From IMG/VR virus record IMGVR_UViG_3300009788_000013, positions 1 to 61,153 of that record: DNA of 61,153 nt; one strand, given 5' to 3'. Below are positions 45,206 to 55,894 of the stretch, in pieces. The stretch is from a virus (taxonomy: Duplodnaviria > Caudoviricetes). Positions within the stretch are counted from its first letter, which is position 1, and each line of letters begins with the position of its first letter. The position numbers and the translations under genes were made by a program. The notes under the pieces were generated by a model. The model was not told where the DNA came from, did not search any database, and saw only the letters and a program-made list of their open reading frames with translations.

Positions 45206-47284
45206 TCATCCTTCGATGATTAAATCTAGCCAGCCATTCTTCGCTGTGCTATCTGTCGTCAGTGATTCAGCAGTGATCTTATCGCCACGCGCTACTTCCA
45301 GGTTATCGGTGACGAAAGTGAAGCCAACTATTATTCCAGTATCACCGGCTTCGTATACCGCTTTTGTCGCTGGGAAGATAGTCGTTCCATTCAGCTTGAT
45401 ATCAATCGAGATGTCAGCGGCAAATGGTGCACCGGTTTCCCACCCCATATGCCACTCACGAATCCAGCCCGACTCCTCAACCGTCCGAGCACCAGGAACA
45501 AGACGGGTTACCAGTCCAGGATTAGTTGAGCCATCAATGTCTTCCGCCAGCGCAATATGTATACTGAATCGATTACGAGGCACTGGTTGCCGATCCCTCT
45601 GGATCATCTCAGCCATGAATGTGTTGAGTGAATCTGGCTTTTGAAGCTGAGAGTTCGTGGCTTTGATTGTCCATTTCATGTACTTGCCCTTAACCATCGT
45701 ACCCCTCACGCTTTTCACCACCAATGTATCGTCTAGCAGCGGTTGAGATGTGTTGATCGTCAATAGCTGTCCAGGCCAGACTCCGCTGATGCGAGTCACT
45801 GCTGTGGCATCAATCGGATTGGTCTTCTTTCGCAGCAGTTCCCCGTCCCCTAATACCTTCATCTCATCGAAGCCTGCTAAGTCCTTGCCTTCGACTATCG
45901 CTTCCCAGAGCCCATCTGCCGCTATAGCAGCGGTATCCTCAGCGATATACACAAACTGTAGCGGGCTCGGATATATGATCTCAATTGTATCGCCTCCACC
46001 GAGAGGAGCATCAGCCAGGTTTTGGAATACCCCGGTCCCGCCCGAGATGTAATACCATTGCCACCCCGGAACGCTCCAGTCCCCGATCAGAACAACTATC
46101 TGCACTACAGAGTTGACTTTGACTATTGGCTTGACTACCTGGAAGTATGTTGTCGGAAAGGCGGTACCACTAGCAGGACCTGGGAACTCATCTCCCGCCC
46201 AACTGTCTATCCAAAGCCCCTTCATCGGCCTGGAGTTCTTGACGTAGATGCGATTAGCGCGGAGAGCCACATTACGCTCTACTGATAGCGATTCAAAATT
46301 TCCATCGTCATCGGTAAGAGTGAATGGGGCTGCCTCGAAGCCTGTACTCTTCGGAAAGACTTGGATCACCTTATCGTGGTCAACCCAAAAATCCGCATTG
46401 ATCATTCGCATCAATGTCCGAAAGGCTTCACTCACCTTCTGGGCATAGACTTCATACTCCCCGATCGTTCCACCAGCACTCCCACTGAGAATAACTGAGA
46501 GCCCCGTATCGTCACCCGAATCGCTACCCAGAAAATCACGAGTGATACTTGCTAACAGAATCGATGCCACCCCGCCTTGAAATGTCGTGTAGAATTTATG
46601 TCCCACCCTCCGTTCCATGTAGACGCCCCATCCTGCACAAGTGATATCAATCTCCATTGCCGTCTGGCCAGTATAGAATCGCTCAACTAATTTTGTGATT
46701 AGTCCACCAAAGATCCGAAGGTTGCTGTTATCGGTATCAATGATAATTACTTCCTCATCTTGTAATGGCCGCGTAGCTCCAGCCGGATCGAACCAAGCCA
46801 TCTTGCAAGATCCGAATGAGCCTGCCTCAAGAGAGATTGAGATTGGCTTACGTGATTTTAGAATGAAATCATTGCGAAGAATACCATTGATATAGATTCG
46901 ATAGATTGATCCAGGCGCATCCGGCAATGTTGCCAACACAAGTACTGGAGTGCCAAACGCCTCTCTGCTTATGATGCCAGATGGCCCGATGGCTCCACTG
47001 AAAGCAGGAGTACCAAACGCTTCAGCGCTAGCAATTCCTGTGGGGCTGATAACTTGTACATGGAGGAGGGTTGGAGATCCAAACGCTTCGGCGCTAGCAA
47101 TTGCTCCTGCTCCGGTGATCTCTAGATCTAACTGGGCTGTGCCAAATGCTTCAGCACTAGCAATTCCCGTGGCAGTAATTGTTTGTGTACCGCCACCAGA
47201 TCCACCAACGGTATTTTCTGCTGAAGCTGTCCACGCAGCACCAGTAATTCGTCTTCCGGACTGGGATGTTTTAGTGAAAGCCAC
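45206..47284 (-). CDS. Tail tip / hub protein with N-terminal GIASAEAFG repeats
   Basis: Four (G/A)IxSxEAFG(T/S) repeats, then hub-like IFGG-I, FWVD-DK, PGQLLTI. Confidence 0.7.
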   Translation of the reverse strand: MAFTKTSQSGRRITGAAWTASAENTVGGSGGGTQTITATGIASAEAFGTAQLDLEITGAGAIASAEAFGSPTLLHVQVISPTGIASAEAFGTPAFSGAIGPSGIISREAFGTPVLVLATLPDAPGSIYRIYINGILRNDFILKSRKPISISLEAGSFGSCKMAWFDPAGATRPLQDEEVIIIDTDNSNLRIFGGLITKLVERFYTGQTAMEIDITCAGWGVYMERRVGHKFYTTFQGGVASILLASITRDFLGSDSGDDTGLSVILSGSAGGTIGEYEVYAQKVSEAFRTLMRMINADFWVDHDKVIQVFPKSTGFEAAPFTLTDDDGNFESLSVERNVALRANRIYVKNSRPMKGLWIDSWAGDEFPGPASGTAFPTTYFQVVKPIVKVNSVVQIVVLIGDWSVPGWQWYYISGGTGVFQNLADAPLGGGDTIEIIYPSPLQFVYIAEDTAAIAADGLWEAIVEGKDLAGFDEMKVLGDGELLRKKTNPIDATAVTRISGVWPGQLLTINTSQPLLDDTLVVKSVRGTMVKGKYMKWTIKATNSQLQKPDSLNTFMAEMIQRDRQPVPRNRFSIHIALAEDIDGSTNPGLVTRLVPGARTVEESGWIREWHMGWETGAPFAADISIDIKLNGTTIFPATKAVYEAGDTGIIVGFTFVTDNLEVARGDKITAESLTTDSTAKNGWLDLIIEG

Positions 47285-47295
47285 AAACTAGATCT

Positions 47296-48285
47296 CTATC
47301 CTTCCACCCAATGCAACGCCCATAGATTTGCATCACCGGTAGCTTGTCCGGCTTCTGCGTAAAAACCTACTTGATCTGCTGTTAGGAAATCTGTCCTGCC
47401 AACACTGTGGAATTCCTTCCATGATTTGCCATCAGTGCTCCAGTGACTCTTGCGGCTAGTATTATCGTCCTCTATTCGGAGCCACACTACCGGAGTTCCA
47501 GCCAGCATCTCAAGAGCAAAATTACTAGAGCTGTAAGCTGCTGAGAAGGTAGTAGCGTTCGTCATCTTATTTACAACGAACTGGAGATTTGTGCCATTGA
47601 AGGACAACGCCCAGGTAACAAGTTTCCCATCTGAAGATTGCCGGAAGCACAAACCACAGCTTGGCGTAGTGGTAGTAAATAGATTCGGGATGAAAGCGAG
47701 ATCGATAGTGTACGGAGCACTAGGAGCGGATTTATGTCGCACCCGCATGCTTGATCCCGCTGTCGCTGGGGCTGTAAGATACACTCCCCCAAATGTAGTT
47801 ACTGCGGATGCGCCGCCTTGGTTATCCCAAGCAAAATCCCCATCAACGGGCTCTGTGAATGGGAATATCGGCCCCCATGGAACACCTATGGAGCCATTGT
47901 CCCTTCTGGCGTATATTCCATTAGTCGGTAGATATAAATTGCCGGCCTTGTTCAGAGCAAAGCTTGCATCGACTCCACTTCCACAGATATCCGCGTACAT
48001 CTGCTCATACGATGCCTCTCCGATGATTGAGCCCTTCACTACTGCCGAAGAAGCATGATTACTTGCCGCTGTACCGAACTGAGCGCCCGTGACAGTCAAC
48101 GTGGTTCCACTACGAGTTGTAACCTTGAAGCACTCTTCAGTATTCCCCCCTTCGGCTTCGACCACAATCCAATAAGGGAATACGGAACTATCAGTCGGAG
48201 CAGTGGCGACAACTAGCGATCCTCCCCCAGATGTATAGCCGCTGTTCACTGTACTCTCGTAGCGATCGATGAACTTCAGTGGCAT
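47296..48285 (-). CDS. Tail fibre / lectin-domain protein
   Basis: TLTVT-AQFGTAA-NH N-terminus; ConA-like VWLRI..WSTDGKSW. Confidence 0.65.
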   Translation of the reverse strand: MPLKFIDRYESTVNSGYTSGGGSLVVATAPTDSSVFPYWIVVEAEGGNTEECFKVTTRSGTTLTVTGAQFGTAASNHASSAVVKGSIIGEASYEQMYADICGSGVDASFALNKAGNLYLPTNGIYARRDNGSIGVPWGPIFPFTEPVDGDFAWDNQGGASAVTTFGGVYLTAPATAGSSMRVRHKSAPSAPYTIDLAFIPNLFTTTTPSCGLCFRQSSDGKLVTWALSFNGTNLQFVVNKMTNATTFSAAYSSSNFALEMLAGTPVVWLRIEDDNTSRKSHWSTDGKSWKEFHSVGRTDFLTADQVGFYAEAGQATGDANLWALHWVEG

Positions 48286-48288
48286 GGT

Positions 48289-48618
48289 TTATTTGCCCGG
48301 TTCTCCCACTACCTCGGCGCTGATGACTCCAAGAGGTTTCAGCTGCTGTAGCAACGCCCGCCGCTCAGGCTCACTTAATCGAGCCATCATCTTTACAGCC
48401 TTCTCCTCAGCGGCTTTTCGATCTATCTCCGCAATGATCGGTAGCTGTTTCGCTTTCAGTTTGTCACGTTGTTGACTGAGATCGTCTCGCATCTTGCGAA
48501 GATCAATTAGCGTTTTGCTTTTTAGATCACCCATGGTGTTTACCACTCCTTCATCTGTCCAATCGATTTCACCTTTCATCCAGCGGCCTGGAGACGGATC
48601 ATCACCGTAATTTGCCAT
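48289..48618 (-). CDS. Small coiled-coil tail-associated protein
   Basis: Heptads; ends GVISAEVVGEP, like the tail repeats. Confidence 0.5.
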   Translation of the reverse strand: MANYGDDPSPGRWMKGEIDWTDEGVVNTMGDLKSKTLIDLRKMRDDLSQQRDKLKAKQLPIIAEIDRKAAEEKAVKMMARLSEPERRALLQQLKPLGVISAEVVGEPGK

Positions 48619-48994
48619 TACTCTCCTTCGGTTTCGCATGCCTGACTGTCGGAGTCCCTAGCTTCTCTTGAGATTTCACACCACCAGGCAGATAACGCCG
48701 AAGGCTCCGATTCCACGCTGCCTTATGCTCTCCAATCTGTCGAATCGCCCGGTTGAATGCCAAACCAAACGGAGCCCCAGTACGCTGCATGAGCCCATGA
48801 TCGAACGATACCTGTTCGTGTTTCTCAATCTCCTCTGCTCGCCTTGCCTGGATCGTCAGAGCCCGTGCTAGTTGTAGGCCGTGGCCCCACGGTAGCGAGC
48901 AGACTCTCCGGCCATTGAGCAGCAGCAGCACCTCTGTACCGTTCTGCCGAACCGTCAACCGCTCTAGCTTCGGTATGTAGATCTGTCCCATCAT
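48602..48994 (-). CDS. Hypothetical tail-module protein
   Basis: 130 aa; ends GVKSQEKLGTP. Confidence 0.5.
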   Translation of the reverse strand: MMGQIYIPKLERLTVRQNGTEVLLLLNGRRVCSLPWGHGLQLARALTIQARRAEEIEKHEQVSFDHGLMQRTGAPFGLAFNRAIRQIGEHKAAWNRSLRRYLPGGVKSQEKLGTPTVRHAKPKESNGKLR

Positions 48995-49398
48995 AGCTTG
49001 AATATCTTATTGGCTCCCGAATCCCACAGTACATCGATGTCCCCACTGTTCGGAGTGATCGGAAGCCCTGTCGCGGTATCAATATTGCAGATCAGCGGTG
49101 ATGTGCCTTCCACCGCAGTATCCCGATCGATCACCAGCTCCTCGGAAATGTCGCCACTAACAGCCGTGAATGTGATATCAGCCGCATCAGCAACACCGAG
49201 CGTCTTTGTCTTTGATGCGAGATCGGAGAACTGAGCAACTCTCCCGCCGACTGTGAGGATACTGCGCCACTCATCTGTAGTAAGATTCTTCACATAGTCG
49301 GCAGCATCCATCAACCATACGTCAAGAGCATGGGCGTCCCAGTCGAGATCGCCACCGAGGAATTTCTCGCGACCTAGATCATATAGAGCATTTGCCAT
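48991..49398 (-). CDS. Minor tail protein
   Basis: MANALYD-GRE-FL...GVADAADITF..VSGD...GLPITPNSGDI..WDSGANKIFKL. Confidence 0.75.
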   Translation of the reverse strand: MANALYDLGREKFLGGDLDWDAHALDVWLMDAADYVKNLTTDEWRSILTVGGRVAQFSDLASKTKTLGVADAADITFTAVSGDISEELVIDRDTAVEGTSPLICNIDTATGLPITPNSGDIDVLWDSGANKIFKL

Positions 49399-49406
49399 TT
49401 GTTTGT

Positions 49407-49553
49407 TTACCTCTCAATAATCCGACAGGAATACCGGAAAGACTTCATTACTCCACACAACTGGCAGATGATAAGATGCCCACATTTCTTCCCAATACCC
49501 GTAAGCGAACATATATCCATTGTCACCGAACGACAAAAATTACAATAACTCAT
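49407..49553 (-). CDS. Small Cys-rich protein (48 aa)
   Basis: MSYCNFCRS...CGHLIICQLCG; TGATG overlap with the tape measure stop. Confidence 0.4.
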   Translation of the reverse strand: MSYCNFCRSVTMDICSLTGIGKKCGHLIICQLCGVMKSFRYSCRIIER

Positions 49554-52500
49554 CACGGAGTAACCCCCACGTCATTCAGATCCGCTATCAGAGCTTCTCC
49601 AACGACGGAACTTTCCATCAGCACCTGTACCAGTAAAGGTTGACGCACAGTAGCGACAGGTTGTTCTAATGGCCTAATCTTATTCGAGATCCCACGAAGA
49701 GCAGGAACCACATCAGTACCGATCAGATCTGTATTCGCAATTATCTTTCTCAGCCGATCACTGATCTGTTCCGAGATAGCCAAGCCTTCTCTACTGAATG
49801 CAAGTAGGCCCATCAACGTCTCATTGATACCTACTATTCCGACAGGTTCCGAATCCTCGGGCTGAGTATCAGTCTCGCTAGCAGAAACATCAATAAGAGC
49901 ATCCGTGCCTCGCTGAATCTGATTTAAAAGATCCCTCACTCTTTCTGTGCTATTCTCACCGATACCGAGTAGTCTTGTAATGCCCAACCGAATCTGATCC
50001 AGTATCCCGGTCTTCGTATCCCCAGTGATGCGGATAATGCTGAGATGCTGATTTACATCGCTGATGCTGTCTTCGATCCGAGCCAGTTCCGCTACACCTT
50101 GAGAATCGACTATAATCCTCTGGCTGCTTAGGAGTGTTAACCGTTGCAAGCTATCGTGGATATCTGAGAGGATATCTGGTATACCAATCTCAACATCTAG
50201 GTTACGGATCTTCTCTGCTACCTGATCGATACTCTGTTTGATCCTAGAGAGCATTACAACGACTCGATCAGTGTCCTGACCTAATACCTTGATCTCAATT
50301 GGGGGAATGACAGGAGACTCTAGCGGCGACAGCTCGACAGTAGAAGAAACCTCATCCGGGGTTTGCTCAGTTGGTGATGTGCCTCCGGCAGCAGTTCGCA
50401 GTAATGTCCTTAATCGATCACTGATATCCCGTAGCGCGGGGGCTATGTCGGTGTGGAGAAAATCAGCACTTCGGTTTACCTCAATCAACCTGTCGTGGAC
50501 TTGCCCTAGAATGTCCGCATTGTTTTTACTAGTACTGCTAGCGATCTCAATCAGCCTGTCATGGATCTGTGCAAGGATGTCAGTCTGGACTGTATGTAGA
50601 TAATTGCGAATACTCTCCAGCTTAGGGAGCCACAGTAATTGAGTTGCTAGGACGTTGAGAGTATGTATCATCCCGAAGCGTGTATTCTCTTCTATCGCAT
50701 TCAGTGTGCTCTCCCGCCGACGATTTCCAAAAATGCTAGTCACTAATTTAGCTACCTGGATACCGAGATCTACAGCTGCTCCTATTGCTGTCCCGATACC
50801 TGGAGCTATCAACGTCCCTAATACTGTTGCTCCACCAGCCCCAGCGCCTGGGAAACCACCACCGCCACCAGTGCCGCTACCACCACCAGGGGTAGGAACA
50901 CCTGGAACAGTAGGAGCCCCAGGAATCGGTATCCCTCCAAGTTGTATTCCGCCTCCGCCTCCAATCCCAAATAGCCCTCCGAGACTCTTGAGAATGCCAC
51001 TGTCCCCGAACAGCCACCCCATCAGCTTCTTAATGCCGCCCTCGATCAATCCATTGATAGCTTTCGATATCGGCTCCAGGAATGTTCCCAGAATACTCTC
51101 AGTACTAAACCGAACCAATGAGCGAATGAAACCATCAGGGCCAAAGAGCATGTCCTGGAATGCGCCCTTCAGTTTGCCGAAGAATGTTAACCCCGCTTCA
51201 TCCTGGCCGATCTGTTCCAGTTCCTTATTGACATCAATCCGATATGCTTCCCAGTCTTTTCTCTGATCGAGCAGTTCCGCCTCAAGCTCTGCCTCTTGCT
51301 GTTGCACTTTGGCTAGAGCAGTTGCACGTATCTGCTCCAGTTTCCCGCCTTCTCCGATAAGCGAATCCCTATAGGTGTTCCATGCGGTATCCGCTTTGCC
51401 TAGCTCCTCTTTCAGTTTCCCGGTTTGGGCCTCCGACTCCGTTGTGTGCTTCAGAGTGATGGCGGCAATCTTGTCCTCGGCATTCTTTTGAAAAAGTGCC
51501 CACTCCTCTGCCTGATCACCTAACCTCCCCTGTAGATCAGCCGTTTGCTTCTCTAGCTGCCTGTCAGCGTCACTGGTGGCCTTCTCACGAGCTTCCTGGT
51601 TCTCGGCGAGGAATTGATCATGATCGCGCTTGCGGCGCTCTAGAGACTCCTCAAGATCCCTCTGTTGTCGCTCCAGTTTGCGCTTATGATCAGCAGTCCA
51701 GTCCTCTAGATCTTCTTTCAGCCGGCGGATATTCTCTCTGTGATCATCCCGCTTCCGTTTCAACTTGGTGTTTAGATTTTTGATCTCGCGTGAGTCAGCT
51801 GTCTTGCCTTCTTTCTCTAGCCTCTTGATCTGTTTTTTTATGTCCTCCTCTTCTCGCTTGAGCCGCTTATCTGCATCAGCTACCCGCCTATCATTCGATC
51901 GTTTCCGATCCTTGATACTGTCAGCAGAATCTTCACTCAGAGCATCAAGCCGCTGTTGGGTGTCAGTAACGAAATCATCATAACGCTCTGTCTGATCACG
52001 AAGATTATCGTCTAGGTTCTCAAGCCGCTCCGCCAAGGCTCTCCGGTTGGCCTTTGTCACCCTATCTATCCGAGCGATGATGTCAGCCCGGCTCTCTTCG
52101 TATTTCTGCCGTCGCTTCTCTAGCCCATCGACCACAGCCTGAACTTCTTTCTCTGCTGCCTCTCGATGTTTCTTCTCTACCTCGCCGATTTCAGCTAGGA
52201 TATCGTCTCGGTGCTTTTGCCACTTCCCACGGCGCTTATCAAGAGAGTCGAATACATCCTGTGTAGCTGCCTCCAAGTCCCCTTTATTCTTCGCTCTGAT
52301 AGCTGTAAGCTGTTCAGCTACTGATGCCTGATGATCAATCCATGCCTGTTCCCGCTCCTGAAGCGACTGCTCTAGTTCCTCGCGCTGCTCGGCCAGCTTC
52401 CGTTTCTCATCACCACCACCAAAGAATAACCCGACAATGTTGTCAGCGATGTTCTTCCCGAAGTCACTGATGATGGTAGAGACTTGCCGCCCAAAGTCTT

Positions 52501-54868
52501 TCCATTTATCTACTTGCTTGGCGGTGCTCTTGCCGAGCATCTCTTCTAGTTCATCCAGGCGGCGCTGCTGCTCCTCTGTGATATCACCGCCCGTTGATTG
52601 ATGGGCAACCTTCAACTTCCGAAGATGATTCAGTTCGAACTCAAGGATAACTGTTCTATTCCCTTTGAACTCCTCTTCTATTGTTTTAAGTGCTTCTCCA
52701 GATTTTCTAGCGATCTCAGCAAGCACTTCGGGATTCTTGATGCCAGCCTCGGCGAAGATCTCATCTAGATTCCTCATCGCTTCGCCAGCAGCATCGACAG
52801 TTGCACATGCTGCTTGGAGAATAAAATCCGGTACCGGCCCCCATGCCGCTATGATCTTGGGCGGAATCTGGCTAATCAGTATTCCTGCATTCTTAGCAGC
52901 CTCGGCTAGTTGATCGGTAGCTCTCTGAGCATGGCCCATGAGCACCGATGTATTACGCATAGCCTCTTCCCAGTCTAGTTGTCGCTGTGTCAGCTGCTCT
53001 ATTTCAACCTTTGCCCCTCTCGTCTCCTTACCGAATATCGCCGTAGCAAGTCCGAGCCGCTTCTGTGCATCTTTCAAATCATCAGCAGCCATACTTGCTT
53101 TTTGCTTTGCATCGGTGAGCTTATCTGCATCTGCTGTGCCTTGCAGGAATGCTTCTGATACTGCGATCAGTTCTTTGTTAGCTGCTTTCCAGGCTTCTCT
53201 TGCCTCTTCAACGCCCCTTGTTGTACCAGCTAGAGAAATCCCAGACTCCTTAATAGCCTTATCTAGTCTCACCTGTGCTACTCGTAGCCGTTCAGCAGCT
53301 TCACCTAGCTTGTCTGACACAATCCCAGTCTGTTGAAACGTACTGAAGAGCTTGTCGTATTCTCGCTTAGCATCAACTGCTGATTTCTTTGCCCCTTCAA
53401 GCGTCTCAGCAAGGCGTCCTGTCGCAGTGGTGAGATCAATCATCCTGACTTTTCCTGTACCGCCAACACCACCAAGTACTGCATCAACACTACCTAATGC
53501 CGCAATATCACGTAATGATTGCAAGATCGCTGGTAGCGGCCCAAGTGACATCCTGTCTAGTGCTTCACGAACGAGATCAAGGCCAGGAACTTTGGCTGTG
53601 AATTCATCGATGCGGCTATTTATCTCGATCCATCCAGCTACCGATTGGGCGACGACTGATGCTAGTGATCCGAGACCTTCAATAGCCTCCACAGTAGCAT
53701 CTGTTATTTCTGTTAATGAATCTGCAACCGCTATGAATGCGGGCTCGGCATCTTCACTGCCTTCTAACGCCTTCACCATCTCACTAGTGAATTCAGTCAT
53801 GCTCTCGGCGTTATCAGTGAGAGCTGGTAGCAGCCGTTCACCTAGAGCGATTCGGAAGCCCTCCGTAGCAGAAGATAGCTTCGTCATCTGGCCCTTGTAG
53901 CCTTCCATTTGGATCTCGGCTACTCGCTGGGCTGTTCCACCAGCATTCTCTAGTTCCCTGGTGAAATCACGTAGTTTGTCGGCCCCTCCCTGTACCAGCT
54001 TGATCATCCCTGTACCGCGCTTACCGAAGATCTCTAATAGTTCCCCAGCAGTCGCGCCACTATCCCCCAATTCTTGGATGATGTCTGACAATGGACGCAT
54101 CTTGCCAGCTCCATCTAATGCGGTAACGCCTAGCCTCTCTAGCAGGTCAGCAGCTTCCTTTGATGGATTCAATAGTTCTGCAATCGATCCGCGTAACGAA
54201 GTCCCGCCTAATGATGCTTGTATGCCAGCATCCCCCAATAGGCCGAGTGCTGCTGATACTTCTTCAAATTGCAAACCAGCAGCACTCGCTACAGGTGCGA
54301 CAAATTTCATCGCTTCACCGAGTTGTGAAAGTGATGTATTCGAACTAGTGAATGTCTTGGCTAAGACATCGTTCACTCGGCTTAATTCTTCAACCTGAAT
54401 TCCATAGCCGCTTAGAACATTAGAGGTGATGTCAGCAGCTCTAGCCAAGGACAGATTACCAGCCGCTGCGAGATCAAGAACGCCTGGCATAGCGGTTAAT
54501 ATTTCAGTGACTTCGAATCCCGCCATTGCGAGAAAGTTCATTCCTTCGGCTGCTTCTGTCGCTGTGAACTTTGTGGTTGCACCAAGATCCTTAGCCTGGT
54601 TTGTTAGTAGTTCGAAATCCTCACCTGTAGCCCCCGAGACAGCGCGGACTTTATTCATGCTCGCTTCGAACTCACTAGCTGCTTCTACAGCAGCACCCGC
54701 AAAGGCGAATATTTTCGAAATGGCGAGTGCTCCACCGATAGCGATCCCAGCCTTGACTGCGATACCTGATAGAGATTTGAGCGCACCTCCAGCCTGAGCA
54801 GTCCCTGCTGTGAACTGTCCTGTGTTTATATTGAGATTCGCTACGAGATCAGCAACGGTGTTCGCCAC
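49553..54868 (-). CDS. Tape measure protein (TP901-type core)
   Basis: 1771 aa; LGATTKFTA-EAAEG..LAMAGF, LGEAMKFVAP; ~40-aa aromatic-spaced repeats. Confidence 0.95.
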   Translation of the reverse strand: MANTVADLVANLNINTGQFTAGTAQAGGALKSLSGIAVKAGIAIGGALAISKIFAFAGAAVEAASEFEASMNKVRAVSGATGEDFELLTNQAKDLGATTKFTATEAAEGMNFLAMAGFEVTEILTAMPGVLDLAAAGNLSLARAADITSNVLSGYGIQVEELSRVNDVLAKTFTSSNTSLSQLGEAMKFVAPVASAAGLQFEEVSAALGLLGDAGIQASLGGTSLRGSIAELLNPSKEAADLLERLGVTALDGAGKMRPLSDIIQELGDSGATAGELLEIFGKRGTGMIKLVQGGADKLRDFTRELENAGGTAQRVAEIQMEGYKGQMTKLSSATEGFRIALGERLLPALTDNAESMTEFTSEMVKALEGSEDAEPAFIAVADSLTEITDATVEAIEGLGSLASVVAQSVAGWIEINSRIDEFTAKVPGLDLVREALDRMSLGPLPAILQSLRDIAALGSVDAVLGGVGGTGKVRMIDLTTATGRLAETLEGAKKSAVDAKREYDKLFSTFQQTGIVSDKLGEAAERLRVAQVRLDKAIKESGISLAGTTRGVEEAREAWKAANKELIAVSEAFLQGTADADKLTDAKQKASMAADDLKDAQKRLGLATAIFGKETRGAKVEIEQLTQRQLDWEEAMRNTSVLMGHAQRATDQLAEAAKNAGILISQIPPKIIAAWGPVPDFILQAACATVDAAGEAMRNLDEIFAEAGIKNPEVLAEIARKSGEALKTIEEEFKGNRTVILEFELNHLRKLKVAHQSTGGDITEEQQRRLDELEEMLGKSTAKQVDKWKDFGRQVSTIISDFGKNIADNIVGLFFGGGDEKRKLAEQREELEQSLQEREQAWIDHQASVAEQLTAIRAKNKGDLEAATQDVFDSLDKRRGKWQKHRDDILAEIGEVEKKHREAAEKEVQAVVDGLEKRRQKYEESRADIIARIDRVTKANRRALAERLENLDDNLRDQTERYDDFVTDTQQRLDALSEDSADSIKDRKRSNDRRVADADKRLKREEEDIKKQIKRLEKEGKTADSREIKNLNTKLKRKRDDHRENIRRLKEDLEDWTADHKRKLERQQRDLEESLERRKRDHDQFLAENQEAREKATSDADRQLEKQTADLQGRLGDQAEEWALFQKNAEDKIAAITLKHTTESEAQTGKLKEELGKADTAWNTYRDSLIGEGGKLEQIRATALAKVQQQEAELEAELLDQRKDWEAYRIDVNKELEQIGQDEAGLTFFGKLKGAFQDMLFGPDGFIRSLVRFSTESILGTFLEPISKAINGLIEGGIKKLMGWLFGDSGILKSLGGLFGIGGGGGIQLGGIPIPGAPTVPGVPTPGGGSGTGGGGGFPGAGAGGATVLGTLIAPGIGTAIGAAVDLGIQVAKLVTSIFGNRRRESTLNAIEENTRFGMIHTLNVLATQLLWLPKLESIRNYLHTVQTDILAQIHDRLIEIASSTSKNNADILGQVHDRLIEVNRSADFLHTDIAPALRDISDRLRTLLRTAAGGTSPTEQTPDEVSSTVELSPLESPVIPPIEIKVLGQDTDRVVVMLSRIKQSIDQVAEKIRNLDVEIGIPDILSDIHDSLQRLTLLSSQRIIVDSQGVAELARIEDSISDVNQHLSIIRITGDTKTGILDQIRLGITRLLGIGENSTERVRDLLNQIQRGTDALIDVSASETDTQPEDSEPVGIVGINETLMGLLAFSREGLAISEQISDRLRKIIANTDLIGTDVVPALRGISNKIRPLEQPVATVRQPLLVQVLMESSVVGEALIADLNDVGVTP

Positions 54869-54869
54869 A

Positions 54870-55678
54870 TTATCTCCTCAGTTCCGGTGGTGCTGCCCCA
54901 ACCGCATGCAACATAGCCTGGGCACTCTCTACTGGATCAGTATCGATCTCACTTTCATCGGCCTGTTCCAGATAGGCCAACATTGGGAATATCTCCTCCG
55001 GCTTCATCTTGCTCCCACCCCACACCTGGATTACCCGCAGGAACCGGATCTCCTCACGTTGCTGTTGTTCTTCGTATGCTCGCCACCTCGGGCAGATTCC
55101 CCGGAGGGTGGATCTTCCGAAGTCGTTGTCAGAGAGTCTAAGATAGCCACATCCGATACTATAGATTGCTGTCCACCAGCGCTCTCGTCGCTCGGCGCTT
55201 GAGGTGTCCCTTCCGTAGGGTTTGGCTTTTTCTTGGCTGCCTCTGCTGCATGTAATGGAACATCCTTGGCCTGTGGCATGAAGTTCCCTAAACCATCTAA
55301 CAAGATTGAGAATAAGCTAGCCCACTGCTCGAATGTCAGAGCTGCGCCGAGAACTCCCGGTGTGTAAGTCCACATCGGTTCACCATTCTGATCGTAGCGA
55401 TGTAGAGCGGAGGCAGCGAGATAATGAAGCGTTCTAAGTTTGATCGATTTGATCAGCGATAATCCCCGCTGCTGGTTAGCTCGCTCCTTTTCCTCCTTAC
55501 TTCCTCCTACTGGTGTCGCGGGGAGTAACTCTGCCGCTTTCCAAATGGAGGTAGCCACTTCGATCAGCGATTCATCCGCCAACTCATCAAAGCGGCTCAG
55601 TGTGTTCATGTTCATGTAAACGGGGCAGGGAGTCCCGTTAACTAAGAACTCCCCGACACGTCCAAGTGGTGCGCCCAC
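54870..55678 (-). CDS. Tail assembly chaperone GT (-1 frameshift product)
   Basis: -1 frame open from the slip region to TAA 54870 (LRLSDNDFGRSTLR...); slippery A-AAC-CCT at 55217-55223 or G-AAA-AAG at 55226-55232. Confidence 0.75.
55031..55678 (-). CDS. Tail assembly chaperone G
   Basis: Between tail tube and tape measure genes. Confidence 0.75.
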   Translation of the reverse strand: MGAPLGRVGEFLVNGTPCPVYMNMNTLSRFDELADESLIEVATSIWKAAELLPATPVGGSKEEKERANQQRGLSLIKSIKLRTLHYLAASALHRYDQNGEPMWTYTPGVLGAALTFEQWASLFSILLDGLGNFMPQAKDVPLHAAEAAKKKPNPTEGTPQAPSDESAGGQQSIVSDVAILDSLTTTSEDPPSGESARGGEHTKNNSNVRRSGSCG

Positions 55679-55890
55679 TAGATCACCTCTGTCTGTTTGG
55701 TTGCGAAATCGTGGAAGGCATACAGATCATCCGGCCCGTAAAAATGGACACCAACTGGTTCACTTTGCTTCCAGAGAACGCCATCTAAATCTCGCATGGC
55801 TTTCAGCTCTCTGTATGCCACCCTAGTGACTGTAGGGAGAAACGGTAAGCCGAACTTATCACGGTAGCCTTCCGCGATTTCTTGTTGCAT
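55678..55890 (-). CDS. Hypothetical protein
   Basis: 70 aa between tube and chaperone. Confidence 0.5.
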   Translation of the reverse strand: MQQEIAEGYRDKFGLPFLPTVTRVAYRELKAMRDLDGVLWKQSEPVGVHFYGPDDLYAFHDFATKQTEVI

Positions 55891-55894
55891 CTTC

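Noticed and set aside
46950-47170. Spaced ~26-bp repeats as a CRISPR array or extra GCTAGCAA operators
   Set aside because: They encode IASAEAFG peptide repeats with wobble-position variation; no cas genes
43996-48285. Diversity-generating retroelement targeting tail fibres
   Set aside because: No reverse transcriptase and no TR/VR pair seen
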